From: Patescibacteria group bacterium
Lineage (GTDB): Bacteria; Patescibacteriota; Minisyncoccia; Phycocordibacterales; UBA9973
Length of the DNA: 52,991 nucleotides
Direction: 5' to 3'
Assembly (NCBI GenBank): GCA_018816985.1
Contig: JAHIVA010000021.1
Location: 1-52,991, forward strand
In this document: piece by piece, positions 39,534-49,098 of the stretch
Layout of the letters: every line of letters starts with the position of its first letter
Position numbering within the stretch: position 1 is the stretch's first letter
The notes under the pieces: model-generated
Database searches by the model: none
What the model was told of the DNA's origin: nothing
What the model saw: the letters and a program-made list of their open reading frames with translations, nothing else
Position numbers and translations under genes: made by a program

Positions 39534-40778
39534 ATGAAAGATAAACTAATAGAAAAATTAATAAAAGCAGAGGAAAAGAGACAAGCGGAGGGATTAGAAC
39601 TTATTCCTTCTGAGAATTATGTTTCGGAGGATGTTTTAAAAGCAAATGGTTCTGTTTTTACAAACAAATATTCTGAAGGTTATCCTGGCAAGAGATATTA
39701 CGGTGGGCAAGAGAATACCGATGCTGTGGAACGTTTGGCTATTGAACGTGCCTGTAAATTATTCAACTGTAAATTTGCCAATGTTCAGCCACTTTCTGGC
39801 GCTCCAGCCAATGTTGCTACCTATTTTGCTTTAATGGAACCCGGGGATACGATTATGGGGATGGATTTGTCCCATGGGGGGCATTTAACTCACGGGAGTC
39901 CGGTTACTTACATTAGTAAAATTTTTAAATTTATTCGTTATAAAATGAAGAATATAGAAACAGGTGAAATTGATTATGACGATATGCTTAAAGTTGCAAT
40001 GAAAGAAAAACCAAAAATAATTCTTGCTGGGTTTTCCGCTTATTCTCGGGAACTGGATTATAAAAAATTTATAAAAATTGCTCATAAGGTTGGAGCGATA
40101 ACTATGGCAGATATGGCACACATTGCTGGTCTTATTGCTGGAAAAGCTGTGCGAAATCCTTTTACTGATGGCTTTGATATCATTACTACTACTACACACA
40201 AAACTCTTCGTGGTCCGCGTGGGGGAATGATTTTGATTCGAGATAATGAGGAAATAGCGAAAAAAATTGATAAATCCATTTTCCCTGGTCTGCAAGGTGG
40301 TCCACACATGAACAACATTGCCGCTAAAGCAGTGGCCTTTGGAGAGGCATTGACTCCAGCATTTAAAAAGTATACGAAACAAATTTTAAAAAATGCGAAA
40401 GTTATGGCTGAGGTTTTTCGTAAAAACAAAATCCGTATGATTGGTGGAGGAACGGATAATCACCTTATTCTGGCTGATGTTTATGGGTCCTTAGGAGTGA
40501 CTGGTAAAGAAGCCCAAGATGTTCTTGATGAAGTTGGTATTACGTTGAATAAAAATATGATTGCTGAAGACCCAAGAAAACCAATGGATCCATCAGGTAT
40601 TCGTTTTGGTACACCAGCGATTACGACACGTGGTTTTAAAGAGAAAGAATGTAGGCGAGTAGCAGAGTTGATGATTTTGGTTTTAAAAAATAAAAATAAC
40701 AAGAAAATAAAAGAATCAGCTCATAAAAAAATAAAAGCTTTAGCAAAAAAGTTTCCAATACCAAAAAAGTTTGTGTAG
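39534..40778 (+). CDS. glyA: serine hydroxymethyltransferase
   Basis: 414 aa. Motifs: LIPSENY, GYPGKRYYGG and TTTTHKTLRGPRGG (PLP lysine). Confidence 0.95.
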   Translation: MKDKLIEKLIKAEEKRQAEGLELIPSENYVSEDVLKANGSVFTNKYSEGYPGKRYYGGQENTDAVERLAIERACKLFNCKFANVQPLSGAPANVATYFALMEPGDTIMGMDLSHGGHLTHGSPVTYISKIFKFIRYKMKNIETGEIDYDDMLKVAMKEKPKIILAGFSAYSRELDYKKFIKIAHKVGAITMADMAHIAGLIAGKAVRNPFTDGFDIITTTTHKTLRGPRGGMILIRDNEEIAKKIDKSIFPGLQGGPHMNNIAAKAVAFGEALTPAFKKYTKQILKNAKVMAEVFRKNKIRMIGGGTDNHLILADVYGSLGVTGKEAQDVLDEVGITLNKNMIAEDPRKPMDPSGIRFGTPAITTRGFKEKECRRVAELMILVLKNKNNKKIKESAHKKIKALAKKFPIPKKFV

Positions 40779-40804
40779 AAATTATAAATTTAATAAAAAA
40801 ATTT

Positions 40805-41539
40805 ATGTTAAAAGGTAAAAATATTTTAATCACAGGTTCTTCAAAGGGGATAGGGGCAGCGACTGCTAGGTTAGCCAAAGAAAATGGCGCCAATGTTATT
40901 GTCCATGGAAGCAAGGACTCTCCTGAGCTTGAGGCTATTACTCAAGAGCTTGGGGCGGAAAAGATAATTTGTGATGTTAAAGATAGAATTGCTGTATTTC
41001 GCGAAATTAATAAACTTTTGGAAAAGAAAATTCAAATTCATTGTTTAGCCAATATTGCTGGGGCTGCGAATCATAAACCTTTTTTAGAAACGACCGAAGA
41101 AGACTGGATATTTGCTTATAAAACAAATGTATTGGGGACTGTGTATATGTGTCAGGCCTTAATTCCGTCTATGCAATCGTATAAATACGGACGTATTGTT
41201 AATGTTGGCTCAATTAGGGCTCGTCCGCAAGGGGCCCTAGCGGGCAATTTACCGTACGCTGTTTCTAAGGCAGCGATTTTAAACATAACAGCTGCTCTTG
41301 CTAGGGAATATGCCAAAGATGGCATTAGTGTGAATTCTATTTCCCCTGGGGGAGTAGAAACGGATTTAGCTAAGGCTTGGAACGAGGAGACCAGAAGAAG
41401 AAATTCTGATGTTTTGTTGGGCCGCGTAGCTGACCCCAAAGAAATTGCCGAAGCGATATGCTTTTTCTTGAGCGATAAAGCGAGTTATGCCACTGGACAA
41501 GATTTTCTCATTGACGGTGGGTATATCATAGGTAAATAA
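40805..41539 (+). CDS. short-chain dehydrogenase/reductase (FabG-like)
   Basis: 244 aa. Motifs: ITGSSKGIGAATA, NIAG and YAVSKAA. Confidence 0.8.
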   Translation: MLKGKNILITGSSKGIGAATARLAKENGANVIVHGSKDSPELEAITQELGAEKIICDVKDRIAVFREINKLLEKKIQIHCLANIAGAANHKPFLETTEEDWIFAYKTNVLGTVYMCQALIPSMQSYKYGRIVNVGSIRARPQGALAGNLPYAVSKAAILNITAALAREYAKDGISVNSISPGGVETDLAKAWNEETRRRNSDVLLGRVADPKEIAEAICFFLSDKASYATGQDFLIDGGYIIGK

Positions 41540-41584
41540 AAGAAAATCCTGTTTTGATATTTATTTTCAATTTAAGCCTTTTTC

Positions 41585-41593
41585 TGTTATATT
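41585..41593 (+). promoter_or_regulatory. extended -10 TGTTATATT, 6 nt before the tmk ATG (leaderless arrangement)
   Basis: TGTTATATT ttatag ATG. Confidence 0.45.
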
Positions 41594-41599
41594 TTATAG

Positions 41600-42304
41600 A
41601 TGGCGAAAAAGGGTAAACTGATAGTAATAGATGGCACGGACGGGTCTGGTAAGGCAACACAGGTCAAGCTTTTAGCGAAGACCCTGAGGAATAAAGGGTT
41701 TAAATTAAAGATTGTTGATTTTCCGGAATATTATAAAAATTTTTTTGGGAAATTTATCGGACATTGCCTATCTGAACAATATTATAATTTTGTGAAAGTA
41801 CATCCGAAGATTGCTTCGGTGCTTTATGCGGCGGATCGTTTTGAATCAAAGGAAAAAATTAAAAAATGGCTTGTTGAAGGCAATATAATTATTGCCAATA
41901 GATATGCCAGTGCCAACCAGATTCATCAAGGCGGAAAAATTGCCAATACAAAGAAAAGGGAAAGTTTTCTCAAGTGGTTGGCGCAGATGGAGTATGAAGT
42001 TTTCAAAATTCCGAAGCCGGATGCTGTGTTTTATTTGAGCGTGCCAATTCCCACAGTTTTAAAATTAATTAAAGAAAGAAATGGCAATAACCATAGAAAA
42101 TATTTAGGCAAGCAAAAAGCAAAAAAAGAAGATGTTCATGAAAAAGATATAAAATTTTTAGAAAATTCCTGCCAAAGCGCGCTTTGGCTTGCTAAAACTC
42201 AAAAAGGCTGGATTAAAATTGAATGTGAAAAAAATGGAGTTTTAGATAATCGTGAAAATATTCATCAAAAAATTTATGAAAAGATTAAAAAGATTATCAA
42301 ATAA
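41600..42304 (+). CDS. tmk: thymidylate kinase family protein
   Basis: 234 aa. Motifs: IVIDGTDGSGKATQ P-loop and AADRFE. Confidence 0.75.
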   Translation: MAKKGKLIVIDGTDGSGKATQVKLLAKTLRNKGFKLKIVDFPEYYKNFFGKFIGHCLSEQYYNFVKVHPKIASVLYAADRFESKEKIKKWLVEGNIIIANRYASANQIHQGGKIANTKKRESFLKWLAQMEYEVFKIPKPDAVFYLSVPIPTVLKLIKERNGNNHRKYLGKQKAKKEDVHEKDIKFLENSCQSALWLAKTQKGWIKIECEKNGVLDNRENIHQKIYEKIKKIIK

Positions 42305-42312
42305 AAAAAGAA

Positions 42313-42735
42313 ATGCAAATTAAAATTAAAAAATTAAAAGCGAACGCAAAATTGCCAAAGTGTCATCATCCCGGGGATGTGGGGATGGATTTGTATTCAA
42401 TGGAAACAGTTACGGTAAAGCCCGGGGAGCACCATTATTTTTGGCATGGTTTTGCACTTGAATTTCCGGAAGGGTATGGGGCAATCATTATGGATAAGGG
42501 GAGTATTTCTAAAGCAGGTTTTGTTCATATGGGAGGAGTATATGATGCGGGCTACCGAGGCGAATATAATACACTTTTAGTAAATTTATCCGACAAGAGT
42601 TATACTTTTAAAGAAGGGGATAAGGTTTCCCAGCTTGTGATTATGCCGGTGGTTATTGCTAAATTAAAAGAAGTTAAAAAATTAAGTGAATCCGCCCGGG
42701 GAGAAGGGAGGTTTGGAAGCACGGGTAAAAAATAA
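42313..42735 (+). CDS. dut: dUTP diphosphatase
   Basis: 140 aa. Motifs: GDVGMDL, GVYDAGYRGE and RGEGRFGSTGK. Confidence 0.88.
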   Translation: MQIKIKKLKANAKLPKCHHPGDVGMDLYSMETVTVKPGEHHYFWHGFALEFPEGYGAIIMDKGSISKAGFVHMGGVYDAGYRGEYNTLLVNLSDKSYTFKEGDKVSQLVIMPVVIAKLKEVKKLSESARGEGRFGSTGKK

Positions 42736-42737
42736 TT

Positions 42738-44480
42738 ATGCAACAAGAAATAAAAAATTTAATAAAAGATGTTCTGAAAAATCTGGATATAGAAGTTAGC
42801 AATATTGCGTTGGAACATCCTGAAGATTTAATAAATGGAGATTATTCTACCAATGTGGCCTTAGCTATTGCTAAAAGTATTGAGAGGAATCCAAAAGAAT
42901 TAGCCGAAAAAATAGTTGTTGAAATCAACAGATTAAACGTAGATAAAAATATTGAAAAAGTTGAAATTGCCGGCAATGGCTTTATAAATTTCTATTTGTC
43001 TAGAAAATTTTTTACTAAAAGTACCGAAGAAATTTTAAATAAAGTAGAAAATTTTGGGAAAAACGATCTTTTTAAATCTAAAAAAATAATGGTTGAGTAT
43101 ACGGATCCGAATCCCTTTAAACCTTTTCATATTGGACATTTAATGACAAATGCCATTGGAGAATCAGTTGCGAGAATTTTGGAACACTCTGGAGCTATTG
43201 TTTCTAGAGCAAATTATCAGGGGGATGTTGGGCTTCATGTGGCAAAAGCTATTTACGGGCTTTTAGATAATGAAAAACTGCAAAGCAAGAAAGGGTCACA
43301 TAACTTACAGGCGGAAAATATAGGGAAAGCTTATGCGCGCGGAGCTGAACTTTATGAGATTGACGAAAAAGTAAAAAAAGAGATTGAAGAAATAAACAAA
43401 AAAATCTACGAAAGAAACGACGAGAAGATAAATAAAATATATGAATGGGGCTTTAAGGTAACGATGGACGCTTTTGAAGATTTATATAAAATACTCGGTA
43501 CTAAATTTGATTTTTATTTTCTGGAAAGCAAGATGTCTAATATCGGAAAGGGAATCGTTAAAGATAATATGGACAAAGTTATAGATCCTGAGGGGAGTCG
43601 AATGATTTTTGAAGAGTCCGATGGGGCTATCGTCTTTAAAGCTGAGAAATATGATCCAAAACTTCATACTAGAGTTTTTATCACTTCGGCTGGTTTGCCC
43701 ACTTATGAGGCAAAAGATTTGGCATTAACGGAAGAAAAATTCAAAACTGACCCCAATTTAGACTTGTCTATCATGGTTACTGCCAATGAGCAAGTGGACT
43801 ATATGAGGGTTGTGGTGAAGGCTATTTCGCTATTACATCCGGGTATTGAAAATAAGATGAAACACATTACTCACGGTATGATGCGTTTTGCTTCTGGTAA
43901 AATGGGTTCCCGAAAAGGGAATATAATTACTGGAGAGGCTTTTTTAAGAGATGTTCGAGATAGTGTTTTAGAAAGGATGACTGACAGAAGTTTTCCCCCG
44001 GATGAAGAAGAGAGAATTGCTTCCAATGTTGGCGTGGCAGCGATAAAATATTCTATTTTAAAGCAAGGAATCGGCGGAAACATTATTTATGATTTTGAAA
44101 AATCAATTTCTTTTGAAGGGGATTCCGGACCATATCTTCAATATTCTTACGCTCGGGCGAATTCTGTTTTAGAAAAAGCGCAAAAAGAAAATATTCTGCC
44201 AGATTTTGAATTTACGCCTTCCGAAATTTTGGAAGTAGAAAAATTGTTGTATAGATTTCCAGAAGTTGTTTTCCGTTCCGCTGACGAACACGAACCGCAC
44301 TATATTGCAAACTACTTGATAGAAGTGGCCCGTTCTTTTAATAGCTTTTATGGCAATACGGTTATCGTCAACAAAGAAGACAAAACTTCTTCCTACAAAG
44401 TCGCCCTGACTTATGCCTTTTCTTTTGTCATGAAAACTGGCTTGCATCTCCTCGGTATCGAAGCGCCAAAAAAGATGTAA
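42738..44480 (+). CDS. argS: arginine--tRNA ligase
   Basis: 580 aa. It has an Arg_tRNA_synt_N-like start, the PNPFKPFHIGHL HIGH motif and a DALR-type C-terminus. Confidence 0.9.
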   Translation: MQQEIKNLIKDVLKNLDIEVSNIALEHPEDLINGDYSTNVALAIAKSIERNPKELAEKIVVEINRLNVDKNIEKVEIAGNGFINFYLSRKFFTKSTEEILNKVENFGKNDLFKSKKIMVEYTDPNPFKPFHIGHLMTNAIGESVARILEHSGAIVSRANYQGDVGLHVAKAIYGLLDNEKLQSKKGSHNLQAENIGKAYARGAELYEIDEKVKKEIEEINKKIYERNDEKINKIYEWGFKVTMDAFEDLYKILGTKFDFYFLESKMSNIGKGIVKDNMDKVIDPEGSRMIFEESDGAIVFKAEKYDPKLHTRVFITSAGLPTYEAKDLALTEEKFKTDPNLDLSIMVTANEQVDYMRVVVKAISLLHPGIENKMKHITHGMMRFASGKMGSRKGNIITGEAFLRDVRDSVLERMTDRSFPPDEEERIASNVGVAAIKYSILKQGIGGNIIYDFEKSISFEGDSGPYLQYSYARANSVLEKAQKENILPDFEFTPSEILEVEKLLYRFPEVVFRSADEHEPHYIANYLIEVARSFNSFYGNTVIVNKEDKTSSYKVALTYAFSFVMKTGLHLLGIEAPKKM

Positions 44481-44494
44481 AAATAAAGATTTTA

Positions 44495-44503
44495 TGTTAA
44501 AAT
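44495..44503 (+). promoter_or_regulatory. extended -10 TGTTAAAAT, 9 nt before the ileS ATG (near-leaderless)
   Basis: TGTTAAAAT catccgata ATG. Confidence 0.4.
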
Positions 44504-44512
44504 CATCCGATA

Positions 44513-47500
44513 ATGTCCGAAGAAACAAAAAATACAAAAAGTGAGACGGCTTTGCGGGAAGAGAAAATTTTGGAGTTCTGGAAAGAAAATAAAATTTTTT
44601 CGAAGACTCTGAGTGCGACGAAGGGGAAAAAAGAATTCATATTTTATGAAGGTCCGCCGACTGCCAATGGTCAGCCAGGAATTCATCATCTGGAAGCACG
44701 AGCGTTTAAAGATGCCATTCCCAGATATAAAACAATGCAAGGCTTCCACGTTCGCCGAAAAGGAGGTTGGGATACCCATGGGTTGCCAGTGGAGCTTCAG
44801 GTGGAAAAAAAGCTTGGATTAAATTCTAAAAAAGCGATAGAAGAGTACGGCATTGCGAAGTTTAATCAAGAATGTAAGGAATCTGTTTGGGAATATCTGG
44901 ATGTGTGGAATAAATTTACTAAACGTATCGGTTATTGGGTGGACCAGGAAAACCCATATGTCACTTATTACAATAATTATATTGAATCTGTTTGGAATAT
45001 TATTAAAAAAATAAATCAACAAAATTTGCTTTATAAAGATTATAAAGTTGTGCCTTGGTGTCCGAGATGTGGAACAGCCCTATCTTCCCACGAGCTCGCT
45101 CAGGGCTATGAAGATGTGAAAGATTTGTCGGTTTATGTGAAATTTAAAGTTATTAGTCCTTCGCAGGGCTCAGGACAAGCAAATATGAATACATATTTGC
45201 TTGCTTGGACAACGACGCCGTGGACTTTGCCGGGAAATGTGGCTTTGGCGGTGGGTGAAAATATTGATTATGTAAAAATAAAAGTTGCAAATAATACAAG
45301 TAAAATTTATATTCTTGCCAAAGAGAGACTTTCAATTCTAACTGAATTGTATGAGGTTATAGAAGAAATAAAAGGCAAAGATTTAATTGGCTTAGAATAT
45401 GAACCATTGTATTCGTTTCTTGCAGATACTATTTCTGAAAATGAAAAACTAAAATTAGAAAAAGCTTTTAAGGTTTACGGAGCGGATTTTGTCACTATTG
45501 AAGATGGCACAGGCGTAGTACATACTGCGGTGATGTACGGACAGGATGATTTTGAACTTGGTACGAAGATTGGTTTACCCAAGCATCACTTGGTGGGCTT
45601 AGATGGAAAATTCTTACTGGGTACTGGAATATTTGCTGGTCGCTTTGTTCGGGACGAGGAAGTGGCGGTAGATATTATTAAAGATTTAGCTCATCGCGGG
45701 CTTCTTCTAAAAAAAGAAAAATTTGAACACTCTTATCCACATTGCTGGAGATGTAAAACAGCGCTTATTTATTATGCTCGTGATTCTTGGTATATCAAAG
45801 TTTCTGATTCAAAAATAAAGGCTCAGATGATTGCCGAAAATAAAGAAATAAATTGGGAACCGGCGCATACTCGGGATGGGCGTTTTGGGGAATGGTTGAG
45901 GGAAATCAAAGACTGGGCGGTTTCCAGAGAGCGATATTGGGGCACGCCCTTACCGGTTTGGGTTTGCGAAACTTGTCAAAAGATTGAAGTGCTGGGAAGC
46001 GTAGAAGAAATAAAAGAAAAAATAAAAAAGTCTGGGAATAAATATTTTGTGATGCGGCACGGAGAAGCGAAAAACAACACTGCTGTCGGTATTCATTATT
46101 ATAAAAATACAGAACATAGTGCTCCTCTGACAGAAAAAGGAAAAGAGCAAGTTTTAGAAAGTTCGAAAAATTTCAAGGAAAAGATTGATTTGATTATTTG
46201 CTCACCATTTGAGAGAGCTAAGGAAACTGCTGAAATAGTTTGTGGACAGATTAATTTTCCGCCAGAGAAAATTATTTATGACAAACGAATTAAAGAATGG
46301 GAAGTTAGTTCTTTTTTTGAAGGGAAAGATAGAGCGGTTTTTAAAAAATATTACGATGCAGGTTATTTAGACAATCCGAAAGAAGTTTTACCGGACGGAG
46401 AAAGTTTTGCTGAAGTAGTTAAACGAGTCGGTGGTTTTATTTGTGATGTAGAAGAAAAATATTTCGATAAAAATATTCTTATTGTCGGGCACAGTGGATC
46501 AATGCGAGCTTTAGATTTTATAGTGAAAGAATTGTCTTTTGATGACCTGTCAACTAGGAATAATCCCTTAACTCTTCTTCAAAATGCTGAGATAAGAAAA
46601 CTTAATTTTGTTCCTCTTCCACATAACACAGATTGCGAACTTGATTTACATAGGCCGTATATTGATGAAATTAATCTAGTTTGTACCCATTCGGCAAGCT
46701 CAGGGCAAGCTTGTGGGGGTAAATTAGTGCGTACTAAAGAAGTGATGGATGTCTGGCTTGATTCTGGTTGTATGCCTTTCGCACAAAACCATTATCCTTT
46801 TGAAAACAAAAAATGGGTGGACGGGACGGGTTATCCGGCTGATTTTATTTCTGAAGCAATTGATCAGACTCGGGGATGGTTTTATACCCTGCATGCTATT
46901 GGTGTATTGATGGGGAGAGGAAAAGCTTATAAAAATGTTATTTGTCTCGGACATTTATTGGATGCAAAAGGAAAAAAGATGTCTAAATCTCTCGGCAATA
47001 TTGTTGACCCATGGGAAGCAATGGATAAATATGGCGTGGATATATTACGTCTTTGGATGTACTCGGTTAATCAACCAGGTGAGTCTAAAAATTTTGATGA
47101 AAAAACAGTGGCCCTGTTGCATCAGCAAGTTTTTGGTTTGCTTTATAATGTGCTTGCTTTTTACGAACTTTATCGGGATAAAAATTTAGAAAAAAACAAT
47201 CACTCAAGATCAAAAAATATTTTAGATATTTGGATTTTAGCTAGACTGGATGAATTAATAGTCCTGACAACTAAGCATCTCGATGATTATAAATTACTCG
47301 AGCCGACTAGGGCCATTCGGGATTTTATTGGAGACCTTTCTACTTGGTACTTGCGTCGCTCTCGAGAAAGAATAAAAGAGGGAGACACAGAAGCAAAAGT
47401 AACTTTGTATTTTGTAATAAAAACATTAACTAAGGTCATGGCTCCATTCGCCCCCTTGGCTTCAGAAGATATTTGGCTTAAACTGAAAACCAAAGACGAT

Positions 47501-48535
47501 AAAGAAAGCGTACATTTGACTGAATGGCCACGGAAATCTTTTAGAATTTTTTCTTTTGGAGAAAATAAATTTTTACGGGATATGGAAGTAGCAAGAAATA
47601 TAGTCACTCTTGGTCTTGAAGCTCGGCAAAGGGCTGGGATCAAAGTTCGTCAACCATTAAATAAGCTGGAGATTATCTCTAGAAAATTATCCGAAGAATA
47701 TCTAAATATTATAAAAAAAGAGTTAAATATTAAAAATATTGATTATGTTTTAAAAATAAAAATAGGTATTCAAAAAGTAAATTTGGACACAACCATTACT
47801 CCTGAATTAAAAGCGGAAGGAGATTATCGTGAATTTATGCGAGAGCTACAAGATGAAAGAAAAAAAATGGGGCTTGCCCCGGGTGATCAAATGCCACTTA
47901 GTATTGAGAAGATATATAAAAAGTATAAAATCATGCCAAGTTTGCAGGAACATATGCTCCGAACAGCAGCTGTGGCGTTTTTAATTTGTGATAATTTTGA
48001 TGAACCTTTGCCGAAAGAAGAAATTGTTACCGCTTGTTTGCTTCATGATATGGGGAATATTATTAAGTTTAAATTAGATTACTTTCCGGAGTTGAATGAA
48101 CCAGAAGGAATAGAATATTGGCAGAATGTGCAAAAAGAATATATTAGAAAATACGGTAAGAAAGAATCTGTTGCTCATACTAAAATTGCCCAAGAAATTG
48201 GTGCGAATGAGAGAATGTTGGAATTAATTAATGCGATTAGTTTTTTAGGTGCTCCCGTTAACCTCTTAGACACAGATTTTAGCAAAAAGGTTGTTGAATA
48301 TTGCGATGAACGTGTGGGTATTTTGGGTATAGTAAACATAGAACAAAGGCTTATGGATTTAAGAAAACGTTATGCGCATCACGAAGGCCACACTCCTGAA
48401 CGCGATGTATTTGAAAATGCTGTAAGACAAATTGAAAAACAAATTTTTGCCAAATGTAAAATAAAACCGGAAGACATAAATGAGGCAACCGTAGCCCCTG
48501 TAATTTCAGAGTTAAGAAATTTCGTGATACGCTAA
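44513..48535 (+). CDS. ileS: isoleucine--tRNA ligase with an internal histidine-phosphatase domain and a C-terminal HD-domain fusion
   Basis: 1340 aa in one uninterrupted frame. IleRS motifs: PPTANGQPGIHHLEAR, WTTTPWTLPGN and KMSKSLGN. The insertion at 46031..46640 contains MRHGEA, SPFERAKETA and VGHSGSMRAL. The tail at 47933..48532 contains EHMLRTAAVAF, LLHDMGN and CDERVG. Confidence 0.88.
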   Translation: MSEETKNTKSETALREEKILEFWKENKIFSKTLSATKGKKEFIFYEGPPTANGQPGIHHLEARAFKDAIPRYKTMQGFHVRRKGGWDTHGLPVELQVEKKLGLNSKKAIEEYGIAKFNQECKESVWEYLDVWNKFTKRIGYWVDQENPYVTYYNNYIESVWNIIKKINQQNLLYKDYKVVPWCPRCGTALSSHELAQGYEDVKDLSVYVKFKVISPSQGSGQANMNTYLLAWTTTPWTLPGNVALAVGENIDYVKIKVANNTSKIYILAKERLSILTELYEVIEEIKGKDLIGLEYEPLYSFLADTISENEKLKLEKAFKVYGADFVTIEDGTGVVHTAVMYGQDDFELGTKIGLPKHHLVGLDGKFLLGTGIFAGRFVRDEEVAVDIIKDLAHRGLLLKKEKFEHSYPHCWRCKTALIYYARDSWYIKVSDSKIKAQMIAENKEINWEPAHTRDGRFGEWLREIKDWAVSRERYWGTPLPVWVCETCQKIEVLGSVEEIKEKIKKSGNKYFVMRHGEAKNNTAVGIHYYKNTEHSAPLTEKGKEQVLESSKNFKEKIDLIICSPFERAKETAEIVCGQINFPPEKIIYDKRIKEWEVSSFFEGKDRAVFKKYYDAGYLDNPKEVLPDGESFAEVVKRVGGFICDVEEKYFDKNILIVGHSGSMRALDFIVKELSFDDLSTRNNPLTLLQNAEIRKLNFVPLPHNTDCELDLHRPYIDEINLVCTHSASSGQACGGKLVRTKEVMDVWLDSGCMPFAQNHYPFENKKWVDGTGYPADFISEAIDQTRGWFYTLHAIGVLMGRGKAYKNVICLGHLLDAKGKKMSKSLGNIVDPWEAMDKYGVDILRLWMYSVNQPGESKNFDEKTVALLHQQVFGLLYNVLAFYELYRDKNLEKNNHSRSKNILDIWILARLDELIVLTTKHLDDYKLLEPTRAIRDFIGDLSTWYLRRSRERIKEGDTEAKVTLYFVIKTLTKVMAPFAPLASEDIWLKLKTKDDKESVHLTEWPRKSFRIFSFGENKFLRDMEVARNIVTLGLEARQRAGIKVRQPLNKLEIISRKLSEEYLNIIKKELNIKNIDYVLKIKIGIQKVNLDTTITPELKAEGDYREFMRELQDERKKMGLAPGDQMPLSIEKIYKKYKIMPSLQEHMLRTAAVAFLICDNFDEPLPKEEIVTACLLHDMGNIIKFKLDYFPELNEPEGIEYWQNVQKEYIRKYGKKESVAHTKIAQEIGANERMLELINAISFLGAPVNLLDTDFSKKVVEYCDERVGILGIVNIEQRLMDLRKRYAHHEGHTPERDVFENAVRQIEKQIFAKCKIKPEDINEATVAPVISELRNFVIR

Positions 48536-48569
48536 GATAGAAAAAATAGTAAAAGAAAAAAATCTGACC

Positions 48570-48603
48570 ATAACACACTTTCGTGATCGCGATGGCATGT
48601 TAT
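48570..48603. repeat. 34-nt quasi-palindrome ATAACAC-N-GATCGCGAT-N-ATGTTAT (upstream copy, overlaps the promoter)
   Basis: ATAACACACTTTCGTGATCGCGATGGCATGTTAT. It matches the downstream copy at 26/34 positions directly and 27/34 inverted, by my alignment. Confidence 0.8.
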
Positions 48604-48606
48604 AAT
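48598..48606 (+). promoter_or_regulatory. extended -10 TGTTATAAT, 6 nt before the ATG at 48613 (leaderless arrangement), embedded in the palindrome
   Basis: TGTTATAAT agattt ATG. Confidence 0.45.
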
Positions 48607-48612
48607 AGATTT

Positions 48613-49098
48613 ATGGAGAACACAGCCCTTGATCACTTAATAGCGTTTTTGCTTTCTGCCCGTTCAACAAGAATATACAGAAAAATATTGTGGGTTAGAA
48701 TGCAGGCTAGGCAAAAATCCATGAACGCCGGATCTTTTAATCAACACATTTATCGTTTGCATAAAAAGGGAATTATTGAGTCTAGAGACGGCAAAATTCA
48801 TATCCATAGAGAAAATCTTTTAAAATTTTCGGCGAAAAATAATTCAATGAAAAATTCAGTGATGAAAAGCATTTTTCCAACTAAAACCGAAAAAATCTTG
48901 ATATCTTTCGACATACCGGAGAAAAAGAAAAAAACCAGGGATTGGCTTAGAAATCAAATAAAATATTGGGATTTTGAAATGATTCACAAAAGCTTATGGC
49001 TTGGGTATGGTCCTTTACCTAAAGAATTTAATGATAGGTTAAAACAACTTGGTATTGAAAAAAATGTCAGAATATTTAAAATTAAAAAAGTGACATAA
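48613..49098 (+). CDS. PaaX-like regulator: winged-helix N-terminus plus a Cas2-like/PaaX C-terminal-type ferredoxin-fold segment
   Basis: I start it at MENTALDHLIAFLL, because the listed GTG at 48583 lies inside the operator-like palindrome. ILISFDIPEKKKKTRDWLRNQIKYWDFEMIHKSLWLGYGPLP fits the PaaX/Cas2 beta-alpha-beta pattern. Confidence 0.55.
   Translation: MENTALDHLIAFLLSARSTRIYRKILWVRMQARQKSMNAGSFNQHIYRLHKKGIIESRDGKIHIHRENLLKFSAKNNSMKNSVMKSIFPTKTEKILISFDIPEKKKKTRDWLRNQIKYWDFEMIHKSLWLGYGPLPKEFNDRLKQLGIEKNVRIFKIKKVT

Noticed and set aside
45168-46710. The near-identical 13-mers GCTCAGGACAAGC (45168..45180) and GCTCAGGGCAAGC (46698..46710) inside ileS, both encoding SGQA.
   Set aside because: It is a short 12/13 match with no extended similarity around it, so it is most likely coincidence. 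It does not mark the borders of the phosphatase insertion.
48613-49098. The Cas2-like fold as an indicator of a CRISPR-Cas locus.
   Set aside because: I saw no repeat-spacer array and no cas1 or effector genes anywhere in the window. The N-terminal winged helix and the FDIPE...SLW pattern fit PaaX-type regulators better.
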